A stretch of DNA of 64,000 nucleotides. Origin: Haliotis rufescens. Taxonomy: Eukaryota. Positions within the stretch are counted from its first letter, which is position 1; each line of letters begins with the position of its first letter. A program made the position numbers and the translations under genes. Under the pieces are notes generated by a model. It was not told the origin of the DNA. It searched no databases and saw only the letters and a program-made list of their open reading frames with translations. Location of the stretch: assembly GCF_023055435.1 (NCBI RefSeq), contig NW_025963835.1, positions 11,408,001 through 11,472,000 of the forward strand, written 5' to 3'. Positions 1-14,259 of the stretch are shown piece after piece.

Positions 1-3000
1 TTTCAGTTATATACAACTGGGTACTGTGAATTTGCTGTGATCATTTATGTGATTCCCTCCCCCACCACTCTGTTTCGAAGAAAAAGAATCTGTTATTAAT
101 AATTGTAGTTCCGTTCTAACATATCCATATGACTATTACGCTAGTTTTAGATCATTACATGGGAGATGTTTTGAAAAAGTAAGAACTTTGTTATAATGCT
201 CCTGTCTACTTAAAGTTTAGTTTTAACTTGGTATATTTCCAGAGTTCAAACAAATAAAGCCTTGCTACAATTATTCTGCTATAAATGTAGCTGGTTATTC
301 CACCTGCATCATACATATCTTCTATGTACCGGTAGGTACCTATTTCTTTCTGCCGCACCACATTATTGTGACTGAAAAGCTGTTTGTGGAAAGAATATTG
401 TGACCCACTTTCACAAGCCCTGTCTTCATCATACAAATGTCAAAGCAGTCACTTTTGAATCTGGGTCTTTGTTTCTGAAACAGCTGTGACTTCTATTCAC
501 ACCCATTTACAACAATGGGTTGGTCCCCTTCACAGTAGGGATTGTGCCATATGGCAGAATCAGGGAGACAATTGAATTTCAATTCTAGCCCTAGGTGTGT
601 GACTGGGGGTATTAGTGTTATTACTAGAGTTACTAGATTTACTGGTCGTGCAGATAGGAACAGCTGTGACTGGAATGTGGCATGCTGTATATACTCGTAG
701 CTGAATAGTCTAGTTTTTTATGTAATCATGAATTCAACTGACATATATTCAACTGTGCACGCAGGCATATATATATATGTGTGTGTATATCATTTTCATC
801 ACAGATTACATGTAGACATTTTCTTACTGTTTCATAAATTACAACAGATCGGATAATATTTTGGTCAATAATTTTAAAAGAACATTGTCTTCAAAGTACA
901 TGAAAATATATGTTTATTTGCTTCATGAAAAGCTAAAAAGTTATGTAATCAGATAGTTTTATTTTTAAGACTATTTTCTTACTGTTTCTTAGATCTCAAC
1001 AGATTTGATAAAATAAGAAATTTTAATGAATTATCTTCAAGATGTAGAGAAACATGTACTTATTCTATCAAGAGCTACAATATAAGTTGAAAAAAGAAAG
1101 TTGTATGTTTAATTAAGACAACACATTTTTTTCTGGATGTGCCCTGATACAAGCAACCTAACACAATGAGAAAGACATGTAGGAATGGCTTGGCTTTGTT
1201 AGACCAGTCAACCAGGGTCTTTGTTGACATAGCTAGCAGTTCACTTCTATCAGCTGGAAGGAAGGAGACTGGAGCCAGGCTTCTCTCCAAATTTAATTAA
1301 CTCTGTGACTATATATTATTTCATTGAAACCATTTTCTTTAACCATGTGGATGTTTGATTGTTTTTAAATGTTATTACATGTTATATATGTTATTATACA
1401 TTATTATACATTTATTATTATTTTTAAAAAGTATTTTGGGAACGGTACGTGGATTCCATATGATATGAGATTGTGAGACCGAGCAAGTCTAAGCGTGAGG
1501 CCGTTGTCGGCTCCTGGGATGTTTTGTCCTGGAGAAGGCTATAAATATCAGTGACATCATGTGTTGGTGAGGGACTGTTTAGGCAAATATTAACAATGAG
1601 AGGTTCAGCTCTGTGCAGATACTCTCTACACTTGGTAAACACTGAAAAAGGCAGTGTAATATTTTTGTTCGTAGACACTACAAAGTGTTTTTCTTATAAA
1701 TATTCTCATTTGTATCTTCAAATCAATTATTTCGGATGTCCACTAGTCCTAATGTAAACTACTGATACGATCCTAAAGATATTTCAAAATAAGATTACTG
1801 TTTGAGAAGTTGGTTGCTTTGCATCTAACACCTGAGAGATGTTGTGCTGAGTAACATTACTCTTTCAACAATACATTGATAGTGTAAATATTGTACATCA
1901 CTGAGGCTTTTGGAATGAATTAACAACAATAGAAAAACATACAAAAAACAGCACATTTAGATATTTCTCACAAGATGAGTTGATTTAAAAACATTGAAAT
2001 AAAAATACCTGAACTACAAAACATTGTAGCTTCTAAATGGCTTTCATTTAAGTTAGTGTTTTACGCAAAATAATTTTATAAAGCTTATTTTATTTCAAAC
2101 CATTTTAAGTATGTTCATAAATGTTTAGAACATGGAAGGTAGTTTTTCTTGGAGGAAAATGTTAAGTTGGATTTGTCCAGCTTTTGAAACCTTTCATGGC
2201 TGCTAGTCATGTTTTTGTTTCCTTACTGAGAAGGTGGAGTGAACTATGAGCTGTATCCCATGACCAGACTGTGTTAACAAAGGAAGTCAAGTCCATTGCA
2301 GTACAAAGACCTTCTCAGGTCAATAGTGTGTAACCATTGTAAGTTGTCGGCCAATAGCATTTCCCTTCATGCTTTACCACAGATCAGGGAAGTAAAGTAA
2401 TATCTTCCTGACAACAATCCATTTGCTTTTTATTGACTTCTTTTGAGAAATATATTTGTGGATAACAATAGTCATTCTGGGTAGACATTTGAGGTCAACT
2501 TCGTTATGTACACTGAGAAACGTGCAAGGACTTGCAATCATGGTTTTGTTTGAGTGTTGCCTGGCGACAAGAATATCGACACACTGATTGGTGTAACGGG
2601 TCTTTTTATGATTCATTCAAAACCAACATAATTATGGGATTTGTGAAAGGTGATTTGTTTACAGTGCACATATCTTGTTCAAAAAATATTAATTTTTAAA
2701 AAGGTTTTTGATGGTTATTTACAGTGATTTAATAAAAAAAAGTAATGGCATCTGATACTGTTTAATTATGTTTTTGATGGCCATCTGACATTACAAAATT
2801 GGTTCCATTTTATCATGCAACCATGTTAATGTTTAGTCATGCAACCATGTTAATGTTATTTTATCTTTATTCTTTGAACAGTTCTTTTTATTTTCAAGTA
2901 TAAAGATGAAATGACTCAACTATTTTGTAGTTTTATTCAACAATGGTTATCATGGTTAAGAAAGTTTAGACATCATCTAAAGAAATCTTTTGTTTGGTTT

Positions 3001-3426
3001 GGTCTTTATAATTTACTTTATAAATCTTTAATTCTGATCTGAAGTTAGTACTTAGAGAGTTCAGATTATGGACACAATGAGAACAGTTCAGTCTGTTCTG
3101 AAAAGTATCACTGTGAGTTGAACTGGCCTGAATATGTTCTGCAGAATCTGTTTCAGATTGTAGGCTAAAAATATTACCTTTTGTCAGTTAATCCTCCTGG
3201 ACAGGAATACATTTTACTAGACCTGGGCTTTGGACAAGTGGCTAAAGTTTCAGAATGTTTGTCCACCGTTAATTCTCCAGTATTCCTGATTAGCTACTAT
3301 CTGTTGTTCATCAATTGATTATTCTGCAAAAGTTAAGCATTGTGTTTCCATACATTGTACCATTCAATGAGCTTGTCAGGATATTCCACAGAATATCTTT
3401 GATTCACCGATTTATAAATATGATAA

Positions 3427-3633
<207 letters not shown>

Positions 3634-4285
3634 TGAGTGCTGTACGGTAGTTGCCGCATCACTAGTGGGAGTAGGCGTACACTGGCTAAAGGGAAGTAAC
3701 TCTGTGTGGAATTAGCCACGTTGGGCACACTGAGATTTTAAATAGGCAAATTTCCATGGAAGCGTTGTGACATTTACTTAATCATGCTTCAGAAATGACT
3801 TACTTTGGTTGATAAGTGTTAACATGATAAGAGTTATTAACGTGAAGTTCATCTGTGATTGGTGTATTGATTCTATTAGTGCCTCGTGAAAGGAACTGAA
3901 TATGCTCATTTTACAGTGTATGTGTAACTGTCATCTTCTTTCAGTGCAGGAATAGCTGGCAAATTGTTTATAAAGGCCCTGCGCAATATGCATTGTTTTA
4001 CACAAGTGCTGGTCTGTTGGCTTCAGTCTAGTAAATGATTTAAAGGGCCAGTGGAACCATCAAATGATAGTCTGGACGTCTAATGTTTGTTTGTTGTTTT
4101 GGGGGAAAGGTTGCTGTTGATTTCACTCATGGGTGTTGACATGTGGACCGTTTATAAGCTGATCATGTTAAACCAAACAAAATTGACCAAGACTGGGGCT
4201 GCGGACGAGTGCTGGATGTCGCAAAGTGCATACTGTTTCCTTGTGTAGTTACTGTCATGTGTAACATTGTTGTGGTCAGTAGTAG

Positions 4286-4504
<219 letters not shown>

Positions 4505-5086
4505 TAGTTATGTTAGTTCCCTTGTTAGTGTACTTTAATCATGCCAGATTCTTAGAATGTTGGTACTTTTTCCAATCAGTACAGTGACATTTGCCCTCGT
4601 TGTAATTCCTGGTCTGATTGCACTGTCTTGGACGGCTAAAGTAGGGCTGGGTGGAACAATGTGTGTCCTCACTGACTGTGTGTCCTTTTACCCTGACTGA
4701 GTGGTTTCTTGCTCATGCTATCGACCACTGGTTTGATGACACTTGGTCAACTACAGGCCTCTGTGACATGTGACTGGCGTGATGCCAACTATGCTGTACC
4801 AATCATGTCAGATGAGTTTCTTAGGCAATAACCATTCATGAATATGTTTAGGCAACAATAAATTTCTTCAAAGGTTTTCATTCCCATATATGAAACTGAG
4901 ATACTGGAACATTTATCAGGATTTATTTTGTTATACAAACTGTCCTAGGCAACTGAATCTATCAAGTGTTGACAGATCTTATCAATTTCATCCACCTGTG
5001 TGTACTTGGAGGAAAGTAAAATGAGGCGTTTAGTAGAGTCTACTAATTTTATTATGGCCTAACCTGCAATGTTTGTTCCTCCACAG

Positions 5087-5296
5087 ATCTGTGACTTTGG
5101 TCTTGCACGCATCGAAGAGCCTGAGGAATCTGTACATATGACCCAGGAAGTGGTGACGCAGTACTACCGACCTCCGGAGATCCTTATGGGGGCCAAACAT
5201 TACTCATCCGCCGTGGATATATGGTCGGTCGGCTGTATATTCGCAGAACTTCTCTCTAGACGCATCTTGTTCCAGGCCCAGAGCCCCATACAACAG
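5087..5296 (+). CDS. NLK: NLK coding exon ICDFGLAR...TQE...QAQSPIQQ (activation segment)
   Basis: ccacag|ATC TGT GAC ... CAA CAG|gtaggc; 210 nt; lies within ORF 5069-5425. Confidence 0.97.
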
Positions 5297-5371
5297 GTAG
5301 GCAGTTATTCCATGCAGCCTGACAGGGATCTAGCCCCCACCCCCCTTAACACCCTTGATCTGTATACATAC

Positions 5372-8300
5372 CAGATATTAGGGCTTTCTTCATTTGCCTG
5401 GCTCACAGATACATATCAGATATGAGGGCTTTCTTCATTTGCCTAGCTCACAGATACATATCAGATATTAGGGCTTTCTTCATTTGCCTAGCTCACAGAT
5501 ACATATCAGATATGAGGGCTTTCTTCATTTGCCTAGCTCACAGATACATATCAGATATTAGGGCTTTCTTCATTTGCCTAGCTCACAGATACATATCAGA
5601 TATTAGGGCTTTCTTCATTTGCCTGGCTCACAGATACATATCAGATATTAGGGCTTTCTTCATTTGCCTAGCTCACAGATACATACCAGATATTAGGGCT
5701 TTCTTCATTTGCCTAGCTCACAGATACATATCAGATATTAGGGCTTTCTTCATTTGCCTAGCTCACAGATACATATCAGATATTAGGGCTTTCTTCATTT
5801 GCCTGGCTCACAGATACATATCAGATATGAGGGCTTTCTTCATTTGCCTGGCTCACAGATACATATCAGATATGAGGGCTTTCTTCATTTGCCTGGCTCA
5901 CAGATACATATCAGATATGAGGGCTTTCTTCATTTGCCTGGCTCACAGATACATATCAGATATTAGGGCTTTCTTCATTTGCCTAGCTCACAGTTACATA
6001 TCAGATATTAGGGCTTTCTTCATTTGCCTAGCTCACAGATACATACCAGATATTAGGGCTTTCTTCATTTGCCTAGCTCACAGATACATATCAGATATTA
6101 GGGCTTTCTTCATTTGCCTAGCTCACAGATACATATCAGATATTAGGGCTTTCTTCATTTGCCTGGCTCACAGATACATATCAGATATTAGGGCTTTCTT
6201 CATTTGCCTAGCTCACAGATACATATCAGATATGAGGGCTTTCTTCATTTGCCTGGCTCACAGATACATATCAGATATTAGGGCTTTCTTCATTTGCCTA
6301 GCTCACAGATACATATCAGATATTAGGGCTTTCTTCATTTGCCTGGCTCACAGATACATATCAGATATTAGGGCTTTCTTCATTTGCCTGGCTCACAGAT
6401 ACATACCAGATATGAGGGCTTTCTTCATTTGCCTGGCTCACAGATACATATCAGATATTAGGGCTTTCTTCATTTGCCTAGCTCACAGATACATATCAGA
6501 TATGAGGGCTTTCTTCATTTGCCTGGCTCACAGATACATACCAGATATGAGGGCTTTCTTCATTTGCCTGGCTCACAGATACATACCAGATATGAGGGCT
6601 TTCTTCATTTGCCTGGCTCACAGATACATACCAGATATGAGGGCTTTCTTCATTTGCCTGGCTCACAGATACATATCAGATATGAGGGCTTTCTTCATTT
6701 GCCTAGCTCACAGATACATATCAGATATGAGGGCTTTCTTCATTTGCCTGGCTCACAGATACATACCAGATATGAGGGCTTTCTTCATTTGCCTGGCTCA
6801 CAGATACATACCAGATATGAGGGCTTTCTTCATTTGCCTGGCTCACAGATACATACCAGATATGAGGGCTTTCTTCATTTGCCTGGCTCACAGATACATA
6901 TCAGATATTAGGGCTTTCTTCATTTGCCTGGCTCACAGATACATACCAGATATGAGGGCTTTCTTCATTTGCCTGGCTCACAGATACATATCAGATATGA
7001 GGGCTTTCTTCATTTGCCTAGCTCACAGATACATATCAGATATTAGGGCTTTCTTCATTTGCCTGGCTCACAGATACATATCAGATATTAGGGCTTTCTT
7101 CATTTGCCTAGCTCACAGATACATATCAGATATTAGGGCTTTCTTCATTTGCCTAGCTCACAGATACATATCAGATATGAGGGCTTTCTTCATTTGCCTG
7201 GCTCACAGATACATATCAGATATGAGGGCTTTCTTCATTTGCCTAGCTCACAGATACATATCAGATATGAGGGCTTTCTTCATTTGCCTAGCTCACAGAT
7301 ACATATCAGATATGAGGGCTTTCTTCATTTGCCTGGCTCACAGATACATATCAGATATGAGGGCTTTCTTCATTTGCCTAGCTCACAGATACATATCAGA
7401 TATGAGGGCTTTCTTCATTTGCCTAGCTCACAGATACATATCAGATATGAGGGCTTTCTTCATTTGCCTGGCTCACAGATACATATCAGATATGAGGGCT
7501 TTTTTCATTTGCCTGGCTCACAGATACATATCAGATATTAGGGCTTTCTTCATTTGCCTAGCTCACAGATACATATCAGATATGAGGGCTTTCTTCATTT
7601 GCCTGGCTCACAGATACATATCAGATATTAGGGCTTTCTTCATTTGCCTAGCTCACAGATACATATCAGATATTAGGGCTTTCTTCATTTGCCTAGCTCA
7701 CAGATACATATCAGATATGAGGGCTTTCTTCATTTGCCTGGCTCACAGATACATATCAGATATGAGGGCTTTCTTCATTTGCCTAGCTCACAGATACATA
7801 TCAGATATGAGGGCTTTCTTCATTTGCCTAGCTCACAGATACATATCAGATATGAGGGCTTTCTTCATTTGCCTGGCTCACAGATACATATCAGATATGA
7901 GGGCTTTCTTCATTTGCCTAGCTCACAGATACATATCAGATATGAGGGCTTTCTTCATTTGCCTAGCTCACAGATACATATCAGATATGAGGGCTTTCTT
8001 CATTTGCCTGGCTCACAGATACATATCAGATATGAGGGCTTTCTTCATTTGCCTAGCTCACAGATACATATCAGATATGAGGGCTTTCTTCATTTGCCTG
8101 GCTCACAGATACATATCAGATATTAGGGCTTTCTTCATTTGCCTGGCTCACAGATACATATCAGATATGAGGGCTTTCTTCATTTGCCTGGCTCACAGAT
8201 ACATACCAGATATTAGGGCTTTCTTCATTTGCCTGGCTCACAGATACATATCAGATATTAGGGCTTTCTTCATTTGCCTGGCTCACAGATACATACCAGA

Positions 8301-8750
8301 TATGAGGGCTTTCTTCATTTGCCTGGCTCACAGATACATATCAGATATGAAGGCTTTCTTCATTTGCCTAGCTCACAGATACATATCAGATATTAGGGCT
8401 TTCTTCATTTGCCTGGCTCACAGATACATATCAGATATTAGGGCTTTCTTCATTTGCCTGGCTCACAGATACATATCAGATATTAGGGCTTTCTTCATTT
8501 GCCTGGCTCACAGATACATATCAGATATGAGGGCTTTCTTCATTTGCCTGGCTCACAGATACATATCAGATATGAGGGCTTTCTTCATTTGCCTAGCTCA
8601 CAGATACATATCAGATATGAGGGCTTTCTTCATTTGCCTGGCTCACAGATACATATCAGATATTAGGGCTTTCTTCATTTGCCTAGCTCACAGATACATA
8701 TCAGATATTAGGGCTTTCTTCATTTGCCTGGCTCACAGATACATACCAGA
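5372..8750. repeat. 45-bp minisatellite, ~75 copies, in NLK intron
   Basis: Unit CAGATAT[T/G]AGGGCTTTCTTCATTTGCCT[A/G]GCTCACAGATACATA[T/C]; source of the 1139-aa ORF. Confidence 0.99.
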
Positions 8751-8848
8751 ATGGTTGGGTTTCCCTTTAATACATATCATGATACTTAATGTGCACAATT
8801 ATGCAAAATTTTCCTGGCTAGCAAGAGGTCAACCAGCTTAGGTTGAAC

Positions 8849-9996
8849 CAGGGGTCCGGAAACCGTCATATGCGCCGGACATGTCCGATTGGGAATCTCA
8901 AATGTCCGGTTTAAAATATTGCTTACCGGACATTTAAATTTTTCTGTACGGACATTTTAAAAAGTATTGTCCGGACATTCTTAAATTTTGACCGGACATG
9001 ATCAACAGTTAGGACTGAGCAGTTTCTTTCTGCGGTTGTAACACAATGAAGATTATCTACACTGACAACTTTGTTTGTTTTAATTGCTGTAAATACATCG
9101 TACCTACAATGATAGTCCAATCGGTCAATCACTGTAATAGGCAATAAACTGAGTTGACACTGATTAATCGAGGATTAATTACTGAGAACATCTTGTTAAT
9201 TTGAGTAAAATGTGTTTACAACTGTACATAAATACCTTGCATCATCGATGTACCTCATTATCCTCACAATGCTACGATACGTAACCTCAGACAAGAAGCG
9301 AAAGCATTACGACAGCCAGTCGACCGATGCAGATCAGTCGAGCGGATCTGCCAAACCCTCAAAGTCTGAATGATCATTTTGTAAGTCGTGGCTAACGACT
9401 TTCACTTGGTTGACATACTATGAGGATTTGCAGATTTTATTGTTTTCAGTAGCTAGTCGTATATTGAATCTTGATTGACCGCCATTTTGCTGATGATCGA
9501 TATCAATTTTTTTTATGGTCAATAATTAAGTACAGATGAAAAAGTATTCAAATAACTATTGCTATCAACGATAGTTTAGGATTTATGATTATATTATCTG
9601 TCTTGTTTTTAAATAATCTTTAGTTTAAAAAAAACACTTTTCCCGTGAGGTCACATGATAACCAAATATGGGATAATAGTCTCGATCCAAATGTTACAAC
9701 GCGTACACTTGAGCAGACTCATGAATATTAATTAGACCGTTCACAACGTTGACAGATCGTTATTATAACAGAAACAAACGTATGTTTTCCATATATATCT
9801 AAAATGAAAAATTATTTGTTATTAATTGTCCGGTGAATTAAACAATTTAAATTGAAACAATTCATAATTCATCATATTATGAATACGTAACAACTTGTAA
9901 TTTGTGTGTAAAAAGTCGTACTAAAACACGCTGTTTGAAGGGGGCGTGGCATAAATGTAAATGTCCGATTGGGATTTTAAATTTCCCGGACCCCTG
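8849..9996. mobile_element. Non-autonomous hAT-type DNA transposon (~1.15 kb)
   Basis: TIR CAGGGGTCCGG...CCGGACCCCTG; perfect 8-bp TSD GGTTGAAC at 8841-8848 and 9997-10004; subterminal CCGGACA/TGTCCG repeats; no transposase. Confidence 0.9.
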
Positions 9997-12900
9997 GGTT
10001 GAACTCTGATGGCAGGTTAATTTGGGCTTGTTCTCACTGCATGCTACTCAAAAGAAGTTAAGGAACACCCACAAGTGGAAGGCTGTGTTGCAGTGCTCAC
10101 AGGCTATGACAGATTAACTATGGCCACGTGAACAAAGCAGTGTTCTTAACTGCTATTGAGAAATATATTGTGCTGTTACATTTAGGAGTTTATTTCATGA
10201 CAGATGGTAAGGTAATGCTGGTCAGAGTAATTATCAGGTCAGGTTGTCAAAACTGTGTATATATTACCTTTGAAAACAGATGCATCATATTGTCAGCTGT
10301 AAAATTTGAGATGCACTGATACATTGTTGAAACATGATGCCACTAATGGATGCAGCGGTGGATATCTCATCCATTCATTGTTTATTATCAGTTGTCCTGT
10401 CAAATGTGTGGTGTCGATTTACAGCACGATTCTACAGCTTTGATTGGATTAATACCTTTAGAACCTATATACCTGTCTCCATATACCTGTCTCTTCCATT
10501 ATGACTTGGCTCCCATATGTATACATTATATGTATCAGAAGTGAAAACAAGATGGCAGCCCCAATGAAAGTGATACTGCTTTTTAACTTAAATATGGAAT
10601 ACTTGTTCCTTGTTGACTTATAATAAGCAAGTCTGCTTGAAATCTTGAGTAGTTTCACACTGACCAGCTTATAATAGATGAACAAATGTGGAGAATGGTA
10701 ACCACAGCCTGATAGACACATACGTATACATGTACTGACACAAAATATTTTCTGGATCATCTGTAATGTTGTTTTTTGTTATTAATGAAGAAAACCATTT
10801 GAATTCTTGCAATTTCAACAATTTCATGTGAATCTTTTTTGCATATATTCAAACAAAACAATCAGCAGAAATGTTTTGTCCTCACTATTCATAAAGTCTC
10901 ACTCATTCCAAGGACTAGACGGCAGAGTTAATGCTAATCCATGTGTGAAGATTATGAATTGTACTTGATATGTTGCCAAAACACATGGTAGGGCTAATAA
11001 ACGTGGATGTATGTGGCTCTGTCTAGATTGATTGTGGGCAGATACTGAGAAGTACCAGTAATCTGGCCTTCTCCATTAACGTTTTTCTGATGACAGGTCA
11101 TTGATTGAAACATTATATACCATCAGATTCAAGTAGAATGGTATATAAGGTATAATGTGTCATTAGGTTTCATATTAGAGACTTGTAATACACAGAGAAC
11201 ATCGTTGTAAACCTGACCTGGACAAACTATAGAAATGTGCAGTAATTAACAAAGAGATGTAATATAAATCTGTAGTATTGATTGTGGAACCTAACCCATC
11301 TGAATCATGGACATTTGGTTTTAGCAAAACAGTTTTGAAAAAAATGTCATGCGCATTTCTTTGACCGTAGCCTCTGACATAGTCATATAAATAAGACACT
11401 TGCATGGCTCAAGTCCACAAGACCGTATTGGACATATTACCTGTGCACTGTTTCCTGTGGGTTTGTATCTTGTGATGATATTGTACATTACACTGAGTTA
11501 TTATGTGTGTTCAGTGATGCAGTCAAGTGATAGAGTTCCAATTTGACATTTTGTCCAATCAAAAATATCTATTCTATATTTATCTCTCTAGCTTCTATAA
11601 TGACACAGTTATTCAATGATGCTAGTTCAGGCAGTTGACGCTTCTCTATCCTCGTCAATATTCATGTAGCTATTTAACCATTATCTGCGCTGCGGTAGAC
11701 AACTTCAATCAAGCAATATGGCTGCAAGTGTTGCCATACGTTATTGATTTGTATTGTTCCCAAAGTCTTCCAGAATTAATTTCTTATAATCTCAGGTCCG
11801 TGACAGTGTTTACGTAGAGGCACCGTCTTGTACAACAATCATGGAGAGTGGCTTCCACCTATGTTTGCATTGTGGTCAGGAATTATATTTCTAAGCTTTG
11901 AACATGGCAGTGATAAGTAAAGGGCTTCAGGGCCCTCGGCCTGAACAAAGGGTGTCTTTAATGATGTACCGAACGTCAATATTTTCAAAAACGAAAGCTG
12001 AAAACAATTAGTGCTACTCGGGGCACCATGGTGGGGAATGGCCTATGCCATCTTCTGTGAGGACATAGGCGGAAATCTGGAGAGACGAAGGCAAGGGCCG
12101 CTTTCTCACGACCACAGATCAATGAATGCATATTACCACTCTGTGAAAGTAAATCAATTAGTTTGTGGTTTCCATGGTAACCAGGCCAAACATGTCAGGG
12201 GTTACAGGGAGACCGCTGTGGATGAGACAGTGCTTGGAGGGAAGGGCCACCGTCTTCCTGTAGCCAGTATTACAAGATGCTGTGCAGATTCTAAAGAGTA
12301 CATCCGAGTTGGCGTCACTGCCGCGACGGCAGTGGGTCGTCTCCTGAGATGCCTCTGAGTAATAGGCCAGCTTTATCAATATTTTGACATCACTCCCCTC
12401 CCATTTAAATGATGAATTTGAGAAGATCACTTTTTTTTTCAAGTTGAATTATGGCTAATCATTTCTAATCCTTCCTAATGTTCTTTGTTAAATGGAGGAT
12501 ATTTTGATCTATCTAACTTTGTCATTTATTAAGTAACATGTCATTGAATTTCCTTTCATAGGAACAAAATGTGCTTCATCTAATATTAGTTTGTTACTTT
12601 TCTAAGCAAAGGCACGGATTCTGTGTTTATCATAAAATGTGATTAATAAGAAACATAAGCATAAGATATGTGTTTTATTTCTTGATTGTTTCAGGATAAT
12701 ATCCATATTATTCTAACAAAATCATGTCCAATAGTTTTAATTTTTTTATGAGTAGTTTAGGATCATAGTCTAAAGTGTTCATTGTTTAGACCCGAACATT
12801 ATATTTTACACCATACAATTCTTCAGAAATACAACTGTTGTTGTCTTTACTAATTGTAACAACTGCAATTGCAGAAATACAACTGAAGTCTGTCTTCGCT

Positions 12901-13769
12901 TTGTGAGATGCTTATTATTGTCTTCAGGCCTACGTAATTCCTGCAGTTGCAGAAATCCTTATAAGACAATAGCTTCTATATCTAACAGACTGACATTGTA
13001 TGCAATACACAGTCTTACTCTTGACATGCTGAAACAGTGCAAGGAGCTTTGTCTCCTCCCTGTGATATTGTGGTCATGATGGTGAGAATAATGACAATAT
13101 TGTTGTTATCACGGCAAAACCATCCGTGTCTTCTCGCCCAGATGAAGGGAGGTCTGTTATCAGTGCATCCAGATTGAGTTCACGGTGAGGCCACCAAGCA
13201 GAGGGAGTCGTTATTAATTCATACCCACATCCGCGTTATTGGCGTGTGCATTGTTTGTCTGGCCAGCTTTGTTCAGGGGCCTTTTGTGGGGGATGCATGA
13301 CAACTTGCTCTTAAATTAGCAAATATTTTTAACATGGGGCAAAATGTTTTTGTTCATAACACTGTTTTGAATTAAATAATACATTATTTATAAGGAAATT
13401 ATTGCCTGCACAATCTTGAAATGTTGTTAGTAGATGCGTTATTTATAGTCTGTTGTTTTGTATCTGTTCACATATTTTTGGAATGAAAATAGTCTTAGCT
13501 GTTTGATAAATTAATGGCTTTATGTAAAGGTTTAGTGTGAATTACAGTATCTAAAAGAAAAAATACATAAAAATTGATTCATTGTCACACACCTGCATCA
13601 GTTTTCGAAAATTAACTAATTGTTTTTTGTTATCTTCAGTTTAAATGAAGCAGTTAGGTTCCCATGACTCCAATTTGATGTGTTTGTTACTGAGTTATCT
13701 CCCCAAAAGTAATTTGTGGATTTTTGTTACAAGCTTCTAATTATTATTATTTAGTAGAATTGATTATTT

Positions 13770-14259
13770 CAGTGTTCCCGCTGGCTTTTGAAACTGCCAG
13801 TTCTAATAATTACCAGTCCCCCCACTAATTTTTGCCAGTCCCAACTTTTAGCAAATAAAAAAACCGTATGAAACTTACCTGGTTTTCATTCTTTCAACAT
13901 CATGTTCAGTGCAAAGACATAACCGTGAAGTAACTTAATTAGATCTATACATCATTCACACTAACTTCAGTCACAATTTTCTCCTTTTTTTTATATTACG
14001 AGACAAAGTCACTACAAATGGATATTTAACCTCAAAGCAAAGCAAAATGTTTTTTCCTTGCAATAAAAATAGACAAGGGGAAACCCTGACTTCGTTTGAA
14101 AAATAAATTTACAAGACTATTGCCAATGTTTTGTTCAACAACAAAGATTTATAAGGTATTTTATTTGCCGGCCCAGAGGGACTGGCAGTCACCTGAATTA
14201 CCAGTCCAAGCCTAATTGCTGGGTAAAAAAATGGTTATTACTGGTAAACTGGAACACTG
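13770..14259. mobile_element. MITE with CAGTGTTCC termini (hAT-like)
   Basis: CAGTGTTCC...GGAACACTG, repeated CCAGTCC motifs, TTATTT on both flanks (TSD imperfect). Confidence 0.6.

Noticed and set aside
815-1060. Degenerate ~155-bp direct duplication (ATTTTCTTACTGTTTC...CAACAGAT)
   Set aside because: An old AT-rich local duplication with no further structure.
5372-8750. CRISPR-like array
   Set aside because: Units are contiguous with no unique spacers, there are no cas genes, and the context is a eukaryotic intron.
5422-8841. 1139-aa repeat ORF ([14 protein letters not shown][IM])n as a protein-coding gene
   Set aside because: It is the translation of an intronic 45-bp minisatellite. None of the array's YAG acceptors joins the NLK exon in this frame, and there is no independent gene structure.
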